Shown here: piece after piece, positions 42,611 to 47,481 of the stretch
Layout of the letters: each line of letters opens with the position of its first letter
Numbering within the stretch: position 1 is the first letter of the stretch
Assembly: GCA_964651695.1 (NCBI GenBank)
Contig: CAZYYP010000002.1
Span: 14,575-62,055, forward strand
Reading direction: 5' to 3'
DNA: 47,481 nucleotides
From: an uncultured Gaiellales bacterium
Lineage (GTDB): Bacteria; Actinomycetota; Thermoleophilia; Gaiellales; JALYLC01
Program-made: the position numbers and the translations under genes
The notes under the pieces: model-generated
The model's database searches: none
Seen by the model: the letters and a program-made list of their open reading frames with translations, nothing else
What the model was told of the DNA's origin: nothing

Positions 42611-43432
42611 GTGGAGATCGAACTGGGTGGGCCGAGCGAGGCGGTGCGGGACGTCGCCGGCGGCGAAACACGCGACGCGAGCCGGAACGGGACACGCCCG
42701 ATCGCCGCGCGGGCGGTTGGCGCGACCAGGGTCTACGGACGAGGTGACGCCGAGGTGCGGGCGATCGACGGGATCGACGTCGAATTCGCGCGCGGCGCGT
42801 TCACGGCGATCATGGGCCCCTCGGGGTCGGGCAAGTCCACGCTGATGCAATGCATGGCCGGTCTCGATCAGCTCACGTCCGGGCAGACGTGGATCGGCGA
42901 CGTCGAGCTCAGCGCGCTCTCCGAACGGCAGATCACGAAGGTGCGGCGCGACCGCGTCGGCTTCATCTTCCAGGCCTTCAACCTCGTGCCGACGCTCAGC
43001 GCGCTCGAGAACATCCGGCTTCCCCTGGACATCGCCGGGCGCGAGCCCGAGGGCGACTGGATGGAACAGGTCATCGACGCGCTGCATCTGCGCCCCCGGC
43101 TCGGCCATCGGCCGTCGGAGCTCTCCGGCGGACAGCAACAGCGCGTGGCAGCCGCACGGGCACTCGTATCGCGTCCGGAGATCGTCTTCGCCGACGAGCC
43201 GACCGGGCAGCTCGACTCGCAGTCCTCGGCCGAGCTCCTCGCATTCATGCGGCGGGCTGCCGACGAGTTCGGCCAGACCATCGTCATGGTCACGCACGAG
43301 CCGACCGCCGCGAGCTGTGCCGACCGCGTCGTGTTCCTCGCCGACGGGCGGATCGTCAATCAGATGGAGGGGCCGACGCCGGAGTCGATCCTCGACCGCA
43401 TGAAGACGCTGGCGTCGGGGCCGAGGACATGA
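42611..43432 (+). CDS. ABC transporter ATP-binding protein (MacB/LolD/FtsE-like)
   Basis: GTG at 42611 after ACAGGAG. Walker A GPSGSGKST, signature LSGGQQQRVAAARAL, Walker B IVFADEPTG. Confidence 0.9.
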   Translation: MEIELGGPSEAVRDVAGGETRDASRNGTRPIAARAVGATRVYGRGDAEVRAIDGIDVEFARGAFTAIMGPSGSGKSTLMQCMAGLDQLTSGQTWIGDVELSALSERQITKVRRDRVGFIFQAFNLVPTLSALENIRLPLDIAGREPEGDWMEQVIDALHLRPRLGHRPSELSGGQQQRVAAARALVSRPEIVFADEPTGQLDSQSSAELLAFMRRAADEFGQTIVMVTHEPTAASCADRVVFLADGRIVNQMEGPTPESILDRMKTLASGPRT

Positions 43433-45951
43433 TCGTCCGGCAGGCCTACCGCAACCTGCTCGCGAGCAAGCTCCGGCTGTGCCTGACATCGCTCGCCGTC
43501 GTGCTCGGCGTCGGCTTCGTGGTGGGAGCCCTCGTCCTCGGGGACACGATCAACAAGGCCTTCGACGGGGTGTTCGCCACCGCCAACAGCGGCGTGGCCG
43601 TCGAGGTGCGCGGAGTCAAGACCGTCTCCGAGAGCGACCGCCGGCACGTGCCTGCTTCGCTGCTCGCGGCGATCCGCAAGGTCGACGGTGTGCGGACGGC
43701 CGAGGGCTCCATCTCCGGGACGGCCCAGATCATCGGCAAGGACGGCTCCCCGGCCGGACTCCAGGGTCCCCCGGCGCTCGGCTTCGGCTGGTTCGACGAC
43801 CCCGCCCTCAACCCGCTCCGGATCACCTCGGGCCACGCTCCGCGCGGGCCGGCCGACGTCGTCATCGACAGGACGACCGCCGACGCCGAGAAGTTCCGGA
43901 TCGGCGACGGCGTTCGCATCGTCACGCAGTCGGGCTCGGCCGAGTACCGGCTCGTGGGCATCGTGGCCTTCGGCCGGCAGAACAACCTCGCGGGCGCGAC
44001 CCTCGCAGCGTTCAGCCCGTCCACGGCCGAGCGCGTGCTCGATCCGGCCGGCGGGTTCGCGGTCGTGACCGCCACGGCGCAGGCGGGGGTGGGGGACGCG
44101 ACGCTGACAGCGCGGATCAGGGCGGTGCTCCCGGCCGGCTACGAGGCCATCACGGGCAAGGCCGCATCGCAGCAGGAGAGCGAGCAGTTCAAGAAGTTCG
44201 TGGACATCTTCCGCGATTTCCTGCTGGCATTCGCTGGCATCGCGCTGTTCGTCGGGAGCTTCATCATCTTCAACGCGTTCAAGATCACCGTGGCGCAGCG
44301 CACCCGCCAGCTCGGATTGCTGCGGGCCGTCGGCGCATCGGAGAGCCAGGTTGTGCGCTCGGTCCTGCTGGAGGCCGGCATCATCGGGCTTGCGGCCTCG
44401 CTCACCGGGATCCTCTTCGGCGTGGCGGTCGCGGCGCTCCTGCGCGCCGGCTTCAACGCCGTCGGGGCGTCGCTCCCCGCGACCAGTCTCCAGGTGCAGG
44501 CGCACTCGATCGCCCTGGGACTGGCCGCCGGCATGGTCGTCACCATCGCATCGGCGCTGGTGCCCGCGTGGAGGGCAAGCCGGGTGCCGCCCATCGCCGC
44601 CATGCACGACGTCCACATCGCCGGGGCGCCGCGTGCCCGTGCAGCCTCATCCCTCGCGCTCGCGGGACTCGGCGTCGGGTTGGTGCTGACGGGTCTGCTC
44701 GCGCCGCTCGACGGTCTCGCACAGCGATTCGGCCTGATCGGTGTCGGCGCGGTGCTGCTGTTCCTGGGCGCCGCGATGCTCACCCAGTACATCGCCCGTC
44801 CGCTCGCCCGGTTCATCGGCGCCCCGATGGCCCGCACCGGCCTGGCGGGCCGCCTCGGCCGTGCCAACGCCATGCGCAACCCTTCGCGCACGGCCCAGAC
44901 GGCAGCCGCCCTCACCATCGGCGTCGCGCTCGTCACGGGCGTCACGGTGTTTGCCGCGTCGCTGAGCGCGACCTACGTCGGAGCGCTCGACAAGCGGGTG
45001 CGGGCAGAACTCGTGATCGTCGCGAGCAACCAGCAGCCGTTCTCGCCGGCCGCCGCCGCGGCGCTCGGCACGGGCGGAGGCCTGCCGGGCGTCACCGCCT
45101 GGCGGAGCGGCGAGTTCAGGGATGCCGCCGGGAGCACCCAGTCGCTCTCCGGCGTGAATCCGGCGCGGCTCGAGCGGGTGTACGACCCGGGTGTGGTCGC
45201 GGGCTCCATCGCCGCCCTCGCGCAGCCGGGCACGATCGCCGTGCAGACGGGCTATGCGAAGGACAACGCGCTGAGGGTGGGGTCGGCGATGCCCGCCTTC
45301 TTCGCGAAGAGCGGCACCACGAGACTCCGCGTCGCCGCCATCTTCAGCGACGACACGTTCGGGAAGTTCTTCATCTCCCTCCCGCAATACCGCCGCGACT
45401 TCTCCACACAGCAGGACGAGGTCATCCTGGTACCTGGCCGAGCCGGTCTCACCCCCACCGCCGCGAAGGCGATCGCCAAGCGGGCACTCCGGAACTTCCC
45501 GAATCTCACGGTGCGGACGAAAGCGGAGTACAAGAGCCTCGTCGCGGGTCAGATCACGACGTTCCTCCGCCTCTTCTATGCCTTGCTGGCCATGGCGGTC
45601 GTGATCGCCATCTTCGGCATCGTCCTGACGCTGGCGCTGTCGGTGTTCGAGCGCACCCGGGAGATCGGGTTGCTGCGGGCGATCGGGCTCTCCCGGCGCG
45701 CGGTGCGCGCCATGATCAGGTGGGAGGCGATCATCGTGGCGCTCATCGGCGCGCTCGTCGGCGTCGCGCTCGGCCTCTTCCTCGGGGCCGTCAGCGTCTC
45801 GGCCATTCCCTCGTTCAAGACGCTCGCGATCCCCTGGGGGTCGATGCTCGTGTTCTTCGCCGCGGCCGGCGTCTTCGGCGTCCTCGCGGCAATCCTCCCG
45901 GCCCGCCGCGCGGCCCGGCTGAACATCCTCGCGGCGATCCAGAATGAGTAG
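43429..45951 (+). CDS. ABC transporter permease with two FtsX domains (MacB-type, about 840 aa)
   Basis: ATGA overlap with the ATPase gene. An N-terminal TM helix and a large extracytoplasmic domain are followed by a TM bundle. The module is repeated once. Confidence 0.9.
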   Translation: MIVRQAYRNLLASKLRLCLTSLAVVLGVGFVVGALVLGDTINKAFDGVFATANSGVAVEVRGVKTVSESDRRHVPASLLAAIRKVDGVRTAEGSISGTAQIIGKDGSPAGLQGPPALGFGWFDDPALNPLRITSGHAPRGPADVVIDRTTADAEKFRIGDGVRIVTQSGSAEYRLVGIVAFGRQNNLAGATLAAFSPSTAERVLDPAGGFAVVTATAQAGVGDATLTARIRAVLPAGYEAITGKAASQQESEQFKKFVDIFRDFLLAFAGIALFVGSFIIFNAFKITVAQRTRQLGLLRAVGASESQVVRSVLLEAGIIGLAASLTGILFGVAVAALLRAGFNAVGASLPATSLQVQAHSIALGLAAGMVVTIASALVPAWRASRVPPIAAMHDVHIAGAPRARAASSLALAGLGVGLVLTGLLAPLDGLAQRFGLIGVGAVLLFLGAAMLTQYIARPLARFIGAPMARTGLAGRLGRANAMRNPSRTAQTAAALTIGVALVTGVTVFAASLSATYVGALDKRVRAELVIVASNQQPFSPAAAAALGTGGGLPGVTAWRSGEFRDAAGSTQSLSGVNPARLERVYDPGVVAGSIAALAQPGTIAVQTGYAKDNALRVGSAMPAFFAKSGTTRLRVAAIFSDDTFGKFFISLPQYRRDFSTQQDEVILVPGRAGLTPTAAKAIAKRALRNFPNLTVRTKAEYKSLVAGQITTFLRLFYALLAMAVVIAIFGIVLTLALSVFERTREIGLLRAIGLSRRAVRAMIRWEAIIVALIGALVGVALGLFLGAVSVSAIPSFKTLAIPWGSMLVFFAAAGVFGVLAAILPARRAARLNILAAIQNE

Positions 45952-45969
45952 CCAGAGCGGGAGCCCGTC

Positions 45970-46698
45970 GTGATCGTCCCGGCACGGCGTCGCATCCGCC
46001 GCGGGCGCGGCGTGGTTGCCGAACGCCACCTCGCCCATCGCGCCGGGTGGCTGCGGGCTGCCGTGCTCGGCGCCAACGACGGCATCCTCTCGACGGCGAG
46101 CCTCGTGCTCGGTGTCGCTGCAGCGGGTGCCTCGCGCGGCGCGATCGTCACGGCGGGCGTGGCCGGTCTCGTCGCCGGCGCGACGGCGATGGCCGCGGGC
46201 GAGTACGTGTCGGTGAGCTCGCAGCGCGACACCGAGCGAGCCGACCTCGCCCTCGAGCGGCGAGAGCTCGCCGAAACGCCGGACGTCGAGCGCGCCGAGC
46301 TGGCGGCGATCTGGAGCGCGCGCGGCCTCTCGCCCGAGCTCGCCGAGCGCGTCGCCGACGAGCTCTCCGCCGGCGATCGCTTTCTCGCGCACGCGCGCGA
46401 CGAGCTCGGCATCGACCCCGACAAGCTCGCGCAGCCGGTCCAGGCCGCCTGGACGTCGGCGGTCTCCTTCGCCACCGGTGCGGCCGTGCCGCTCATCACC
46501 GTCGCGTTCGTGCCGGCCGGCGCTCGCATCGTCGTGGCGATCGTCGTGACGCTGATCGCCCTCGCCGTACTGGGTGTGGTGGGCGCCCGGATCGGCGGCG
46601 CCCCCGCGCGTCGTGCAGCGCTCCGCGTGGCGGTCGGCGGCGTCTTCGCGATGGGCGTGACGATGGGCATCGGCGCGCTCGTGGGCGGCGTCGTCTGA
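45970..46698 (+). CDS. VIT1/CCC1-family iron/manganese transporter
   Basis: GWLRAAVLGANDGILSTASLVLGV, MAAGEYVSVSSQRD, and C-terminal TM helices. Confidence 0.85.
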   Translation: MIVPARRRIRRGRGVVAERHLAHRAGWLRAAVLGANDGILSTASLVLGVAAAGASRGAIVTAGVAGLVAGATAMAAGEYVSVSSQRDTERADLALERRELAETPDVERAELAAIWSARGLSPELAERVADELSAGDRFLAHARDELGIDPDKLAQPVQAAWTSAVSFATGAAVPLITVAFVPAGARIVVAIVVTLIALAVLGVVGARIGGAPARRAALRVAVGGVFAMGVTMGIGALVGGVV

Positions 46699-46907
46699 AC
46701 GCTTCCGTCCCGAGCGCTCGAGGGACGCGGATCGCGTTCGCCCCTATGCTGACGGCATCGTTCGCCGCCTTCCTCGTCGTGCAGCCCATCCCCACGGGAT
46801 ACCGGGTCGAGACGAGCCTCTTGAACCGGCACGTCCCGTGAGCTCCCACGGGTGCGGCGCTGTTCGGGGCCGCCGCCCCGTGGGCTGCCGGATCACGAGG
46901 TGCGCCG

Positions 46908-47481
46908 ATGTCCGCTGACCAGGACGCGACGGAGGAGCCTTCCGCAGCCGCGGACGCCGGGCTCGCCCGCCTGGGCCGGCGTGTCCGGCGCCTGCGCATC
47001 GCTCTCGCCGGCACGGCCCTGGTCGCCCTCGTGTGCGCGCTGGCCGTGGCCGCCGTGCTCGTCTACTGGCACCTCTACCTGCTCGAGCCCAAGGGCACGC
47101 CCTTCACGCGCGGGCCGTTCATCACCCGCCTCTCGTCGTCGGGCGCCGCGTTCGCGTGGACGCTCGACCGGTCGGCGACGGTCGATCTGCGCGCCCTGTC
47201 TCCGGATGGGAGCGAGGTGACCGCGAGCGCGGGGCGCTTCGGGGCTCTCCAGCCGGCCACGCGCTACTCCTGGACCGCCGCGATCGCCGGCCGCACACGC
47301 GCTGCCGGCACGTTCACGACGGCGCCCGTCGACCTGCGCACCCCCATCCGCTTCGCGGTCATCGGCGACTACGGGGCCGGCAACGATCACGAGTGGGCCG
47401 TGGGCCGGGTCCTCGCCGCCCAGCAACCCGACTTCATCCTCACGGCGGGCGACAACAGCTACCTCGTCGCGCTCCCGGCCC
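46908..47481 (+). CDS. Membrane-anchored metallophosphoesterase (purple-acid-phosphatase-like), 5' fragment running off the window end
   Basis: ATG at 46908 after GAGG. MSADQD...TM helix LAGTALVALVCALAVAAVLVYW, an FN3-like PAP N-domain (ATRYSWT), then the metallophosphoesterase motifs FAVIGDYG and LTAGDNSY. It is not in the ORF track because it has no stop in the window. Confidence 0.7.
   Translation, partial: MSADQDATEEPSAAADAGLARLGRRVRRLRIALAGTALVALVCALAVAAVLVYWHLYLLEPKGTPFTRGPFITRLSSSGAAFAWTLDRSATVDLRALSPDGSEVTASAGRFGALQPATRYSWTAAIAGRTRAAGTFTTAPVDLRTPIRFAVIGDYGAGNDHEWAVGRVLAAQQPDFILTAGDNSYLVALPA

Overview
Very G+C-rich bacterial chromosomal segment. It is densely coded, uses many GTG starts, and often joins consecutive genes with 4-nt GTGA/ATGA stop-start overlaps. 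The gene content suggests an Actinomycetota-like genome, but this is inference only: F420-type LLM and PPOX enzymes, a two-domain LigD, an ECF sigma factor with a C-terminal extension, universal stress proteins and a chromate transporter. I support about 50 protein-coding genes. I could not recognise any rRNA, tRNA, CRISPR array, transposase, integrase or phage gene. Most long ORFs in the supplied track are Arg/Ala/Pro/Gly-rich frames antisense or out of frame to real genes, and I rejected them. Main items for follow-up, in window order: (1) a stand-alone adenylating enzyme followed by a carrier-protein::GNAT fusion, divergent from a two-component system in an envelope-related neighbourhood (8384-10876); (2) a cytoplasmic BisC-type molybdoenzyme coupled to a LarA homologue that keeps all cofactor and catalytic residues (17604-21198); (3) an orphan LexA/SOS box fused to a -10 hexamer between two convergent genes (24884-24905); (4) a small SEC-C zinc-motif gene split over three reading frames at two U-run sites (25362-25717); (5) a six-gene MoxR-DUF58-VWA-unknown-VWA-HtrA chain joined by five GTGA overlaps (26068-31756); (6) a stress-gene island carrying a conserved 41-nt bipartite upstream element in two copies, plus two short SD-bearing uORFs whose stops overlap the start codons of SD-less genes (38143-42470). 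Three genes have conserved N-termini or motifs that do not fit a single frame with a canonical start. The window may therefore contain assembly indels, and this must be excluded before any recoding claim. All homology calls come from motif recognition by eye. No searches were run.
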